DNA from: a bacterium
GTDB lineage: Bacteria; Patescibacteriota; JABMPQ01; JAUVWW01
Direction: 5' to 3'
Assembly (NCBI GenBank): GCA_030603885.1
Contig: JAUVWW010000002.1
Location: forward strand, 21,991 to 85,990
DNA: 64,000 nucleotides
Shown here: in pieces, positions 28,117-38,009 of the stretch
How positions within the stretch are numbered: position 1 is the first letter of the stretch
Layout: every line of letters starts with the position of its first letter
Translations under genes and position numbers: made by a program
Notes under the pieces: model-generated
What the model was told of the DNA's origin: nothing
The model's database searches: none
What the model saw: the letters and a program-made list of their open reading frames with translations, nothing else

Positions 28117-31041
28117 ATGTTTAAGAAAGTAGACGCAAGACCAGGCTTTCCGAAATTAGAACATAAGATTTTGGATTTTTGGGAAAAGAATAAGTGTTTT
28201 GAGAAACTGCAAAAGAAACTCAAAGGCAAAAAGCATTGGTCGTTTATTGATGGACCGATGACAGCCAATAATCCTATGGGTGTTCACCATGCCTGGGGAA
28301 GGACTTATAAAGATGTTTTTCAGCGATATAAGGCCATGCAAGGATTTGATCAGCGTTGGCAAAATGGATTTGACTGTCAAGGACTTTGGGTTGAAGTGGA
28401 GGTGGAGAAAGAATTAGGTTTTAAATCCAAGAAAGACATTATAAATTACGGATTAGAAAATTTTTCCAAAGCTTGTAGAGCCAGGGTTGATAAATATTCT
28501 AAGATCCAAACTGAACAATCAAAAAGATTGGGTCAGTGGATGGATTGGGAAAATTCTTATTATACTATGTCCGATACCAATATTGAGTATATCTGGTATT
28601 TTTTGAGGAAATGTTACCAAAAAGGATGGCTCTATCGAGGAACTAATGTTATGCCTTGGTGTACTCGTTGTGGAACTTCTCTTTCTCAACACGAGTTAGC
28701 TGACGTTTATAAAGAAGTGATACATGATGCTGTTTATATACAGTTGCCCATAAAAGACAGAAAGAACGAGTACCTTTTAGTTTGGACTACTACTCCCTGG
28801 ACTTTAACTTCCAATACAGCTTGTGCGGTTAATCCTAATTTGACTTATGTAAAGGTTAAACTCGCGAGCCATCCTGCCTCACAATACCTGATTCTAGCCA
28901 AAGCTAGATTAGAAGTTTTAGAAGGGATGGATTATGAAGTAGTAGAGGAATTTAAGGGTCAAGACTTGGTTGGGCTTGAATATATCGGTCCTTTTGATGA
29001 ACTGGAAGCTCAAAAAGATGTAGTTCATAAAATTATACCTTGGAAAGAGGTATCAGAAATTGAAGGAACAGGCATTGTTCATATTGCTCCCGGTTGTGGT
29101 CAGGAAGATCATCAATTAGGAAAAGAGCATAAATTAGCTGAGATTGCTCCTCTAGATGAATTTGGAATTTATAAAGAAGGTTTTGCTTGGCTAACGGGCC
29201 GGGATGTACATGAAGTTAGAGACGATATTTACAAAGATTTAAAAAAGAAAGGTTATTTCTTTAAGTCAGAAAAATATAAACATAGATATCCTCACTGTTG
29301 GCGTTGTGGAAAAGAACTAGTTTTTCGGCTAGTTGAAGAATGGTTTATTAAATCACGGGAAATCCGAGAGCCAATGATGAAAGAAGCAAAAAAAGTAAAA
29401 TGGCTGCCTAGCCATGTAGGTAAATTAATGCAAGATTGGTTGATCAATATGCAAGATTGGTGTATTTCTCGTAAGAGATTTTGGGGATTGCCTCTGCCTT
29501 TTTATCCTTGCAAATGTGGTGAGATAGTTATTATTGAATCTAAAGAAGAATTAAAGAAGAAAGCATTGGATCCTAAAAAAGTCGATGATCTTTTAGAACT
29601 TCATCGGCCTTGGATAGATGAAATAAAAATTAAATGCCCAAAATGTGGAAAACCAGTCTCTAGAATTCCAGAAGTAGGTGACTGCTGGCTTGATGCTGGC
29701 ATTGTGCCTTTTTCAACATTGAAATATTTAAAAGAACCTAGCTATTGGCAAAAATGGTTTCCAGCCAAATTAGTTTGTGAAATGAGAGAGCAAGTAAGAC
29801 TTTGGTTTTACTCTTTACTTTTTATGTCTGTTACCTTGGAAAACAAAGCCTCTTATGAAACGGCCTTTACTTATGAAAAACTTTTGGATGAAAAAGGTCA
29901 AGCCATGCATAAATCTCTTGGTAATGTTATTTGGTTTGATGAAGCAGCAGAAAAGATGGGGGCTGATGTTATGCGTTGGCTTTACTGTGCTCAAAATCCA
30001 GCTTATAACGTCCTTTTTGGCTATAAGATGGCTGGTGTAGCTAGAAGAAAGTTGCTTTTGCTTTGGAATGTATATTTGTTTTTTGTTAATTATGCCATTA
30101 TTGATAAATTTAAGCCCAGCCATAAGCTACCAGCTATAAGCCACAGGCTAGATAAATGGATTCTTTCCTCTCTAAATACTCTCATTTTAGAAGCAACAAA
30201 TAGACTAGAAAAATATGATCTGGCTGAAGTTATGAGGTTGTTAGAAAAGTTTTTGGATGACCTTTCCACTTGGTATGTACGTCGTTCAAGAAGAAGATTC
30301 TGGAAGGCAGAGAATAAAGAAGATAAAAGACAAGCTTATGAAACCCTATATGAAGTGTTGACAAAATACATTCGGTTGTTGGCTCCCATTTTACCATTTG
30401 TAACTGAAGAGATATATCAGAATCTAGTAACAGGGGTCATGAAGGGTGTTCCAGAGTCTGTTCATCTCTGCAGTTGGCCAAAAGCTAATGAAAAGGTAAT
30501 TGATAAAAAACTGAACGAAAAAATGCAGTTAGTTCGAGATGTTGTAGCTTTGGGACTGAGCTTAAGGGTAGAAAATAAAATTAAGGTGAAGCAGCCCCTC
30601 GAGAAGTTAGAAGTTAAGACTAAGAAGTTAAAAGTTAAAGAAGATCAAGATCTCCTAGATTTAATAAAAGACGAGCTTAATGTTAAAGAAGTCTCAATAG
30701 TCGAAAAAATAGGAAAGGATCTAAAAACCAAAGAAGAAAAAGATTTAGAAGTTGGCCTTGATATTAAAATTACTCCAGAACTAAAACAAGAAGGAATAGC
30801 TCGTGAGCTAATTCGACATATTCAAAATATGCGCAAGCGGGCTGAATATAGTGTTAATGATCAAATTACTAGTTATTTTCAGACTGATGATGAGGAGATT
30901 CTAGAAATGATTAGCAATTTTGGTGATTATATCAAACAAGAGACTATATCTTTGGAACTCGAGAAAGAAAAGGAAAAAGTGGACGTGGAAAAAGAAGTCG
31001 AAATAAATGGACTGAGGGTTTGGCTAGGAGTGAAAAAATGA
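28117..31041 (+). CDS. ileS: Isoleucine--tRNA ligase, type 2
   Basis: DGPMTAN-PMGVHHA, WTTTPWT, GTGIVHIAP, DWCISRKRFWG, AMHKS, WYVRRSRRRFW. Confidence 0.95.
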   Translation: MFKKVDARPGFPKLEHKILDFWEKNKCFEKLQKKLKGKKHWSFIDGPMTANNPMGVHHAWGRTYKDVFQRYKAMQGFDQRWQNGFDCQGLWVEVEVEKELGFKSKKDIINYGLENFSKACRARVDKYSKIQTEQSKRLGQWMDWENSYYTMSDTNIEYIWYFLRKCYQKGWLYRGTNVMPWCTRCGTSLSQHELADVYKEVIHDAVYIQLPIKDRKNEYLLVWTTTPWTLTSNTACAVNPNLTYVKVKLASHPASQYLILAKARLEVLEGMDYEVVEEFKGQDLVGLEYIGPFDELEAQKDVVHKIIPWKEVSEIEGTGIVHIAPGCGQEDHQLGKEHKLAEIAPLDEFGIYKEGFAWLTGRDVHEVRDDIYKDLKKKGYFFKSEKYKHRYPHCWRCGKELVFRLVEEWFIKSREIREPMMKEAKKVKWLPSHVGKLMQDWLINMQDWCISRKRFWGLPLPFYPCKCGEIVIIESKEELKKKALDPKKVDDLLELHRPWIDEIKIKCPKCGKPVSRIPEVGDCWLDAGIVPFSTLKYLKEPSYWQKWFPAKLVCEMREQVRLWFYSLLFMSVTLENKASYETAFTYEKLLDEKGQAMHKSLGNVIWFDEAAEKMGADVMRWLYCAQNPAYNVLFGYKMAGVARRKLLLLWNVYLFFVNYAIIDKFKPSHKLPAISHRLDKWILSSLNTLILEATNRLEKYDLAEVMRLLEKFLDDLSTWYVRRSRRRFWKAENKEDKRQAYETLYEVLTKYIRLLAPILPFVTEEIYQNLVTGVMKGVPESVHLCSWPKANEKVIDKKLNEKMQLVRDVVALGLSLRVENKIKVKQPLEKLEVKTKKLKVKEDQDLLDLIKDELNVKEVSIVEKIGKDLKTKEEKDLEVGLDIKITPELKQEGIARELIRHIQNMRKRAEYSVNDQITSYFQTDDEEILEMISNFGDYIKQETISLELEKEKEKVDVEKEVEINGLRVWLGVKK

Positions 31042-31814
31042 AAATTTACAAAACAAAAGGAATAGTCTTAAGACGACAAGATTTGGGTGAAGCAGATCGG
31101 ATTTTGACTATTTATACTTCTAAGTATGGGAAAGTTAGAGCTAAAGCCTTGGGTGTAAGAAAAGTCTTAAGCAAACTTGGAGGACATCTTGAGCTATTTA
31201 ATATAGTTGATTTATCACTAGTCGAAGGAAAAGGTCTGGATACTATCACTGCTTGCAGGGCTCAAGAGAGTTTTCGTAATCTAAGAGCTGATCTAAAGAA
31301 GACCAGTCTAGCCTACTATGTAGTAGAACTTTTAGATAAGCTTACCCCAGAGAAACAAAAAGATTATCGGATTTTCAAATTACTTAAGGAGATCTTGGCA
31401 ACTTTAAATCAAAAAACAATCATAGGCACTGATAAGCTTTATCTAGTTATACGCTCATTTGAATTGAGGTTTCTGTCTCTTTTAGGTTATGCTCCTCAAT
31501 TAAAAAAATGTCTGACTTGTGGAAAATTAATTAAACCTAATTTAAATTATTTTAGTCTTAAACTGGGGGGACTTTTATGTGCTAGATGCAGAAAGCAGGA
31601 TATAAGAAGTACAAAGATAACCCCTAATGCTATAAAAACAATAAGATATCTTTTAGAAAAAGATTTTAGCCTCACCGTTAGACTGAAATTAGACAAGCCG
31701 TTATTTAAAGAAGCAAGAAACATTGTAAGCAATTTTGTTAAGTATATTTTACAAAGAGAACTTAAAGCAAGGGATTTTGTAAAGAAGATAGAGAAATTAG
31801 AGAGGTTTGCTTGA
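31038..31814 (+). CDS. recO: DNA repair protein RecO
   Basis: GEADRIL, GKVRAKALGVRK..SK, LGYAP, CxxC..CxxC. Confidence 0.93.
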   Translation: MKIYKTKGIVLRRQDLGEADRILTIYTSKYGKVRAKALGVRKVLSKLGGHLELFNIVDLSLVEGKGLDTITACRAQESFRNLRADLKKTSLAYYVVELLDKLTPEKQKDYRIFKLLKEILATLNQKTIIGTDKLYLVIRSFELRFLSLLGYAPQLKKCLTCGKLIKPNLNYFSLKLGGLLCARCRKQDIRSTKITPNAIKTIRYLLEKDFSLTVRLKLDKPLFKEARNIVSNFVKYILQRELKARDFVKKIEKLERFA

Positions 31815-31868
31815 CTTTAGATTTAAAAAATACTAGAATTTTAATAGATAAATAATCATTTAGCTGTT

Positions 31869-33752
31869 ATGGTAGACTTTTCTAAAAAACATAACATAGA
31901 TGGGTTAACTGTTTACAGTAAGCCTGGCACCAAAGTTCCAGGTTTGACGCCAGTTAAGACTTCTAGAGAAGAGGTTGAGAAGGAAACAGTTAATATAGAA
32001 GAAATTAATAGAAGGCTTCAAAAAGCCTCTCCAACCAGTAAGAGAAAAGTGAGTAAGAAAAAAGTCTTGATTACAATCGGAATAATTGTGGCTATTTTAG
32101 CATTAGGTGGACTGGGTGTTTGGTTTACCATCAGAAAGCCTACTTTTTTAGGATCCAAAGTAGATTTTGAAGTCCGGGGACCTGAAACAATCGCTTCAGG
32201 AGAAACTTTTTCTTATGAATTCCTTTGTAATAATAAAGAAGAAGTGGCTATAGAAAATATAGAGATTGAGGTAATTTACCCCGAAGGATTTATTTTTATA
32301 TCTTCTGATCCCGAGGTATCAAGTGAACATACCTGGGTTATAGATAAAATTGAAGCTCATTCAGAGAAAAAAATAGTCGCCTCGGGACAGTTAATTGGTG
32401 AGCCGGATCAAGACAAAGAAATCAGGGTTAATTTCTCGTATAAGCCCCAAAATGTCAGTTCTCGTTTTAGTCAAGAAAAGAAACTGATTACTAAGATCTC
32501 TACTTATGGTATTACCCTAGCTGGTGATTTAGCAGAGAATATTCCTCAAGACTCAGAAATAGAATGGATAATAAAGTATGGTAACATCACAAGAAATGCT
32601 ATTTCTGGAATAATGATCGAAGTTCAGTACCCAGATGGTTTTGAATTTTCATCTTCAGATACAGAACCCTCTGATGATAATAATGTTTGGAGTGATCTAA
32701 GTTTGGAATCTAACCAAGAACAAGAGATAAGAATAAAAGGCACTTTGTCTGGTGAACCAGATGAAAGTAAGATTTTTAAAGCTAACCTTAGTCTTGTTGC
32801 AGGTGGCCAGACTTTTCCTCAGCAAAAAATCGAAAGTAAGGTTAAACTAATTAAGACAGAAATAGAAATCAGCCATTCGGTTAATAAAAAAGTTGCTAGT
32901 CCAAGTGAGGAAGTAGAATTTACGACTAAAATTAAAAACATAAGCAATGTAACATTTGAGAATGTTATTATTAATAATAATCTAGATTTAGATATCGTAG
33001 ATGGTGGGTCTATCGAAGCTGTAGATGGGAAGATCACATCTGAAAAAATATTTTGGTCTAAAGATACCTTGGAGAGCCTTGCTTCCCTAAAGCCAGATCA
33101 AGAAATAACTGTTAGTTTGAAGGCTAGGATAAAAGAGACTATTGAAGTAAGTAAGGCAGAGGATAAGAATTTTGTTTTAAAGAATAAAGTCATGACAGAA
33201 GCTGACGTAGAAGAGATTCACCAGGTACTTGATGAAAGTAGTGAGACTGAAACCAAAATTGCTACCAGCCTCAGTCTCAGGTCTGAAGGACATTATGTGG
33301 ATTATGAAGGAAGAAAGGTTGGTTCAGGACCAATACCTCCCAAGGCAGGCAAAATCACCTCTTACGTAATTTATTGGTATGTTAGTAATAAGACTAACGA
33401 TGCAGAAAAGGTCAAGGTGACTGCTGTTTTACCAAAAGGTGTAAAATGGACTGGAAAAACTACAATATCTGATGGCACCATTTCTTTTGATTCTAAAACG
33501 AGAAAGATTACTTGGAATATTGGAGATATTCCTGCAAATAGTGGCAGCCTACTTCCTGGCCTTGAAGCTACTTTTGAAATTTCAATTGCTCCTAAAGCGT
33601 CAGATGTGGGAAAAATTCTTCCACTTTTAGGTGAGACTACTATCTTAGGTACTGATAGTTTCTGTAATATTGAAGTTTTAGATTCAGCTGAGGCTATTAC
33701 CACAGATCTGGAATACGATGTCAAAGCAAAGGGTAAAGGGAAAGTGGTCTAG
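31869..33752 (+). CDS. Membrane-anchored protein with repeated Ig-like (DUF11-like) domains
   Basis: Single TM; repeated YPxGFxFxSS..W units; GPIPPKAG..TSYVIYW. Confidence 0.7.
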   Translation: MVDFSKKHNIDGLTVYSKPGTKVPGLTPVKTSREEVEKETVNIEEINRRLQKASPTSKRKVSKKKVLITIGIIVAILALGGLGVWFTIRKPTFLGSKVDFEVRGPETIASGETFSYEFLCNNKEEVAIENIEIEVIYPEGFIFISSDPEVSSEHTWVIDKIEAHSEKKIVASGQLIGEPDQDKEIRVNFSYKPQNVSSRFSQEKKLITKISTYGITLAGDLAENIPQDSEIEWIIKYGNITRNAISGIMIEVQYPDGFEFSSSDTEPSDDNNVWSDLSLESNQEQEIRIKGTLSGEPDESKIFKANLSLVAGGQTFPQQKIESKVKLIKTEIEISHSVNKKVASPSEEVEFTTKIKNISNVTFENVIINNNLDLDIVDGGSIEAVDGKITSEKIFWSKDTLESLASLKPDQEITVSLKARIKETIEVSKAEDKNFVLKNKVMTEADVEEIHQVLDESSETETKIATSLSLRSEGHYVDYEGRKVGSGPIPPKAGKITSYVIYWYVSNKTNDAEKVKVTAVLPKGVKWTGKTTISDGTISFDSKTRKITWNIGDIPANSGSLLPGLEATFEISIAPKASDVGKILPLLGETTILGTDSFCNIEVLDSAEAITTDLEYDVKAKGKGKVV

Positions 33753-33766
33753 GAGAAGGGGTAAAT

Positions 33767-34930
33767 ATGCAATTTAAAATTTTAAAAAAAGATAGGCAAT
33801 CCAAGGCACGCATTGGTCTACTTAAGACTACTCACGGGGAAATCAGAACCCCGTTTTTTATGCCCATTGCTACTAAAGGTTCGATAAAAGGAGTTGCACC
33901 TGGAGAATTGAAAGATCTCGAAGCTCAGATTATTTTAGCCAATACTTATCATTTATATTTGAGGCCTGGGCATAAGCTGATAGAGAAGTTGGGTGGTTTG
34001 CATAAATTTATGAATTGGTCAGGACCTGTCTTAACAGACTCTGGTGGATTTCAAGTTTTTAGTCTGGCTAAGATAAATAAAGTTTTAGATCAAGGGGTTG
34101 ATTTTCAGTGCGACATTGATGGTGGGCACTGTTTTTTATCTCCAGAAAAATCAATTGAGATACAGATGAGCCTAGGTTCTGATATTATGATGGTCTTAGA
34201 TGATGTGGTACCTTATCCCTGTGATCACAGACGGGCTAAAGAAGCAGTAGAAAGAACTACAAATTGGGCTCAAAGAAGCAAGGATTATTGGGCTCACCAT
34301 CCTGCCTCGTCGCTCAGGAAGGAATCCCCCCACCTTCGGTGGGTCCCTCCTTATTCGCACTCGGCAGGAAGAGCTCGCCCTATGCTTTTTGGCATAGTTC
34401 AGGGCTCAACCTACAAAGACCTGCGTCTAAAAAGCGCCAAAGATATAGTTAAATTGAATTTCGATGGTTATGCTATTGGAGGACTGGCCGTAGGTGAACC
34501 TAAAGAAGAAATGTGGGAGGTATTAGATTATTTAATACCAGAGCTACCCGAGGATAGACCAAGATATTTAATGGGTTTAGGCAAGCCGGAGGATATTGTG
34601 GAGGCGGTGAAACGAGGGATTGATATGTTTGACTGTGTGATTCCTACTAGGAATGCTAGGCATGGAGCTTTATTTGTCTGGACAAAAAGTAATGCTATCA
34701 GAGGAAAATTTTACCATATTCTTAAAATTAAGAATCAAGAATTTGCCGAGGATAAAGAATCTATTGATAAAACCTGCGATTGTTATACTTGTCAAAACTT
34801 CTCTCGAGCCTATCTTCGTCATCTGTTCATGACTGAAGATCCTTTAGGCCAAAGATTGGCTACCATACATAATCTAAGATTTTATCTTAGACTAATGGAG
34901 AAAATAAGGAAAGAAATTGAAAAATCTTAA
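33767..34930 (+). CDS. tgt: tRNA-guanine transglycosylase (queuine tRNA-ribosyltransferase)
   Basis: NTYHLYLRPG, TDSGGFQVFSL, GIVQG, GGLAVGE, FDCVIPTR, CxCxxC, HNL. Confidence 0.96.
   Translation: MQFKILKKDRQSKARIGLLKTTHGEIRTPFFMPIATKGSIKGVAPGELKDLEAQIILANTYHLYLRPGHKLIEKLGGLHKFMNWSGPVLTDSGGFQVFSLAKINKVLDQGVDFQCDIDGGHCFLSPEKSIEIQMSLGSDIMMVLDDVVPYPCDHRRAKEAVERTTNWAQRSKDYWAHHPASSLRKESPHLRWVPPYSHSAGRARPMLFGIVQGSTYKDLRLKSAKDIVKLNFDGYAIGGLAVGEPKEEMWEVLDYLIPELPEDRPRYLMGLGKPEDIVEAVKRGIDMFDCVIPTRNARHGALFVWTKSNAIRGKFYHILKIKNQEFAEDKESIDKTCDCYTCQNFSRAYLRHLFMTEDPLGQRLATIHNLRFYLRLMEKIRKEIEKS
34290..34380. repeat. GC-rich palindromic in-frame insertion in tgt
   Basis: TCCTGCC/GGCAGGA, AGGAAGGA/TCCCTCCT and CCCACC/GGTGGG nested stems; peptide HHPASSLRKESPHLRWVPPYSHSAGRAR. 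Confidence 0.7.
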
Positions 34931-35009
34931 TTCTTTGGTAATTAGTTCTATTTCTTGGAATTAAAAAAAACAGAAGTGAAAGTAAAGCTTCTGCTTTTTT
35001 AAATTTTGA

Positions 35010-35741
35010 TTATTTTATTTCAATGACTTTGATTTTTGGTGGGGACTCGAGTGATATTCGTAAGCCCTGTTCTTGTAAATTTTTTAGCATCTTTTCTTGT
35101 GATCGGAACTCTTCCAATGTTAGATGTAAAACTTCTGCTTTGGCAATATCTTTTGCTTCTTGGGTAATGGCCATATTCTTAGGTAGTTTTTCATTCCTAC
35201 CAATAAAGAAAACTTCATATTGGATAGGAGATTTTACTTCTTCTCCACTTTCTTCAGTGACCAGAGTTCCGCTTTTACTCTTTATAGCTTCACGGAGTTT
35301 ATTATCACCTTTTGCCTCACTATAATCAGTTACTTCTAATTGGGCAAAGTTACGTTTGTCAAAGCCAGTGATTTTATACGCTTCTACTCTTCCCTCTTCT
35401 AAAGCCTTATCAAATTCTGCTTGTTCTTTTTTAGCCTCTTCTAATCTTAGCTCTTCTTCTTCAGGTGCTAAAGTGATTGCTGCGGCTGTTTCAGTAGGAC
35501 CACTAATATTATCTTTTTTTATGTCAGCTGCTTTTGCAGATTCACCTGGTTCTTCGAAAATTGTTAATTTTTCTGCTGCGGCTGCACTAATACCACTTGC
35601 TAAAAAAGTAGTGATCAAGAATGCTGCCCTCATCTTAGGTGATGTTTCTAAACTAAGGAATTTTTTTTCTTTTTCTATCATTCCCTTTTGAATCCCTTTG
35701 ATTTTTTCTTTTTCTATTTCTAGTGAAGGTTCTTTGTACAT
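35010..35741 (-). CDS. Hypothetical protein (one TM, acidic)
   Basis: ORF; likely ATG at 35741 coupled to the upstream stop. Confidence 0.6.
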   Translation of the reverse strand: MYKEPSLEIEKEKIKGIQKGMIEKEKKFLSLETSPKMRAAFLITTFLASGISAAAAEKLTIFEEPGESAKAADIKKDNISGPTETAAAITLAPEEEELRLEEAKKEQAEFDKALEEGRVEAYKITGFDKRNFAQLEVTDYSEAKGDNKLREAIKSKSGTLVTEESGEEVKSPIQYEVFFIGRNEKLPKNMAITQEAKDIAKAEVLHLTLEEFRSQEKMLKNLQEQGLRISLESPPKIKVIEIK

Positions 35742-36016
35742 TATTTTTCCTTTTCTAATTTTTTTAAAATTGATTCTTCTGCATTTAATAAACGATCCCA
35801 AGCTTTTTCATCTCCTTTTTGTAATAAATCAATTTTATACTTGAGAATTCTATTCAAAATCAATAATTGATAAGGTTTTTTCTTAATTACCAATATTAAG
35901 TTATTCAACTGCTGATCATCTAAATTGGAAACCAGCTTGGTCCATAGAAACTTATCAGCTGGAGAAAGAATAGAATTTCTAATTTGTAGATCAAATTCTT
36001 TTTTGAATTTAGACAT
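35741..36016 (-). CDS. Hypothetical protein
   Basis: 91-aa ORF translationally coupled to the next gene. Confidence 0.6.
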   Translation of the reverse strand: MSKFKKEFDLQIRNSILSPADKFLWTKLVSNLDDQQLNNLILVIKKKPYQLLILNRILKYKIDLLQKGDEKAWDRLLNAEESILKKLEKEK

Positions 36017-36099
36017 AGGATTAAGTTATCTACTTTTATTTTAGCACTTTTTATATTTTATGTAAAATGTCTGATTAGAAATTAATATAATTTATGTTT

Positions 36100-36329
36100 A
36101 AAAAAGGAAAAAAGCGGCAGGAAGGGACTTTTAGGTGTATAGACAATGCTATTTGATACCTGTCCTATCCAGAACCATTTTAGACCAACTAGGAAGCAGT
36201 TCTTTGTTGGGTCTAAAATATTATAGGTCTGGATACCTTTTTAGTTTAGAGCCCAAGGGGGATTCTTTTTGTTGCTTTATTTGGGCCTAAAAAGGTCTTC
36301 TCCCGCCTAGTCGGCGGGGCCGCTTTTCC
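36100..36329 (-). ncRNA. Candidate structured ncRNA (about 225 nt)
   Basis: TTGACA-18-TATAAT promoter (36365-36336); closing stem AAAAGCGGC/GCCGCTTTT; several internal stems; ends in U-runs; no ORF of 60 aa or more. Confidence 0.6.
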
Positions 36330-36428
36330 ATATATATTATAAGCATAAAAAAAACTTTTTGTCAAGTTTTTCTTACTATGCTATAATTTAACTACTATAA
36401 GTATGTTAATAACTTTTAAGAGTATTCT

Positions 36429-37742
36429 ATGCCAGTGATCATGGATAAAATTGTCTCTTTATGCAAACGCCGTGGGTTTATTTATCAATCTTCAGAAATT
36501 TATGGTGGCTTTGGTAGTTGCTATGATTATGGTCCCATAGGAGTAGAGCTGAAAAACAATATTAAACGAGTTTGGTGGAAGGCCATGGTTCAAGACAGAG
36601 CAGATGTGGTTGGTTTAGATTCGGCTGTTATTATGTCTCCCAAGGTTTGGGAGGCCTCGGGACACCTTACCGCCGGATTTGCTGATGAATTAGTCGAGTG
36701 TAAAAAATGTCATCATCGTTTTAAGGCTGATGAGCTGAAAGATAAGACTAAATGTCCAGACTGTGGAGGAAAGTTAACCATTCCCAAAAAGTTCAATCTA
36801 ATGATGCAGACTTATGTTGGTCCAGTACAAGATGAAGCAGCCAAGACCTATCTTCGAGCAGAAACTTGTCAGGGAATTTATGTCAATTTTGAAAATGTTT
36901 TAGATACCATGAGAATGAAAATTCCCTTTGGCATTGCCCAGATTGGAAAGGCATTTCGTAATGAGATTACCCCGGGGAATTTTACTTTTCGTACCAGAGA
37001 ATTTGAACAGATGGAGATGCAATACTTTATTAAGCCAGGGGATAATGATAAATATTTTGATGAGTGGAAAAAACAAAGAATGGATTGGTATCTCAATAAT
37101 TTAGGTATAAAAAAAGAGAATCTGCGTTTTCGAGAACATTCTAAAGAAGAATTGCCACACTATGCCAGAAAGGCAGTTGATATAGAATATAATTATCCTT
37201 TTGGATTTAAAGAATTTGAAGGCATCCATGATCGAGGAGATTGGGATTTATCTAACCATGCCAAACATTCAGGTAAGGATTTTTCTTATTTTGATGAGAA
37301 GACAAAAAAGAAATATATTCCTAATGTAGTAGAAACCTCAGGCGGTGTAGATCGTTCTGCCTTAGTCGTCTTACTTGATGCTTATCATGAAGAAAAGGTT
37401 CGAAAAGAAACCAGGGTAGTTTTAAAACTGGACAAAGATCTAGCTCCAATCAAGGTAGCTGTTCTGCCTTTAGTTCGCAATAAAGAAGAAATAGTCAAGA
37501 AAGCAAAAGAGGTCTATGAAATACTCAAACCTCATTTTATGTCTATGTATGATGATACCGGCTCAATTGGAAGACTTTACAGAAGACAAGACGAAATTGG
37601 AACACCTTTTTGTATAACTATTGATTTTGATACTTTAGAAGATAAAAAAGTTACCGTAAGAGATCGAGATACCATGAAACAAGATAGGGTAGCTATTGAT
37701 AAATTAATAGATTTTTTGCAGGACAAGTTAGCTAAAAGATAA
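36429..37742 (+). CDS. glyQS: Glycine--tRNA ligase (alpha2 type)
   Basis: LCKRRGF, YLRAETCQG, FRNEITP, FRTREFEQME, YRRQDEIGTP. Confidence 0.96.
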   Translation: MPVIMDKIVSLCKRRGFIYQSSEIYGGFGSCYDYGPIGVELKNNIKRVWWKAMVQDRADVVGLDSAVIMSPKVWEASGHLTAGFADELVECKKCHHRFKADELKDKTKCPDCGGKLTIPKKFNLMMQTYVGPVQDEAAKTYLRAETCQGIYVNFENVLDTMRMKIPFGIAQIGKAFRNEITPGNFTFRTREFEQMEMQYFIKPGDNDKYFDEWKKQRMDWYLNNLGIKKENLRFREHSKEELPHYARKAVDIEYNYPFGFKEFEGIHDRGDWDLSNHAKHSGKDFSYFDEKTKKKYIPNVVETSGGVDRSALVVLLDAYHEEKVRKETRVVLKLDKDLAPIKVAVLPLVRNKEEIVKKAKEVYEILKPHFMSMYDDTGSIGRLYRRQDEIGTPFCITIDFDTLEDKKVTVRDRDTMKQDRVAIDKLIDFLQDKLAKR

Positions 37743-37803
37743 AAGCTTTAAATGGATGTAGAAGTTGTTATTTTAGTGCGGGCTGCGAAGGGAGGTGAGT
37801 ATC

Positions 37804-38004
37804 ATGCCAGTGGTAAAAGTAATTGAGCTTTTGGGAACATCAACCGAAAGCTTTGATGATGCCCTAAAACAAGCGGTGGAGCGAGCTTGCAAGACTATCC
37901 GAGGAGTGAGGGGTTTAGATGTGGTTAGTCAAAATGTGGTGGTTAAAGATGGAAAAATTACAGAATATAGAGTAAATGTAAAAGTGGCCTTTGGCCTTGA
38001 GTAG
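37804..38004 (+). CDS. Dodecin-family protein
   Basis: KVIELLGTS.ESFDDA, KTIRG, EYRVNVKVAF. Confidence 0.9.
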   Translation: MPVVKVIELLGTSTESFDDALKQAVERACKTIRGVRGLDVVSQNVVVKDGKITEYRVNVKVAFGLE

Positions 38005-38009
38005 AATTT

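Noticed and set aside
33767-34930. tgt as a DNA-modifying DpdA linked to the DGQHR gene
   Set aside because: It has all canonical bacterial tRNA-TGT motifs, sits in a housekeeping context and is 20 kb from the defence array.
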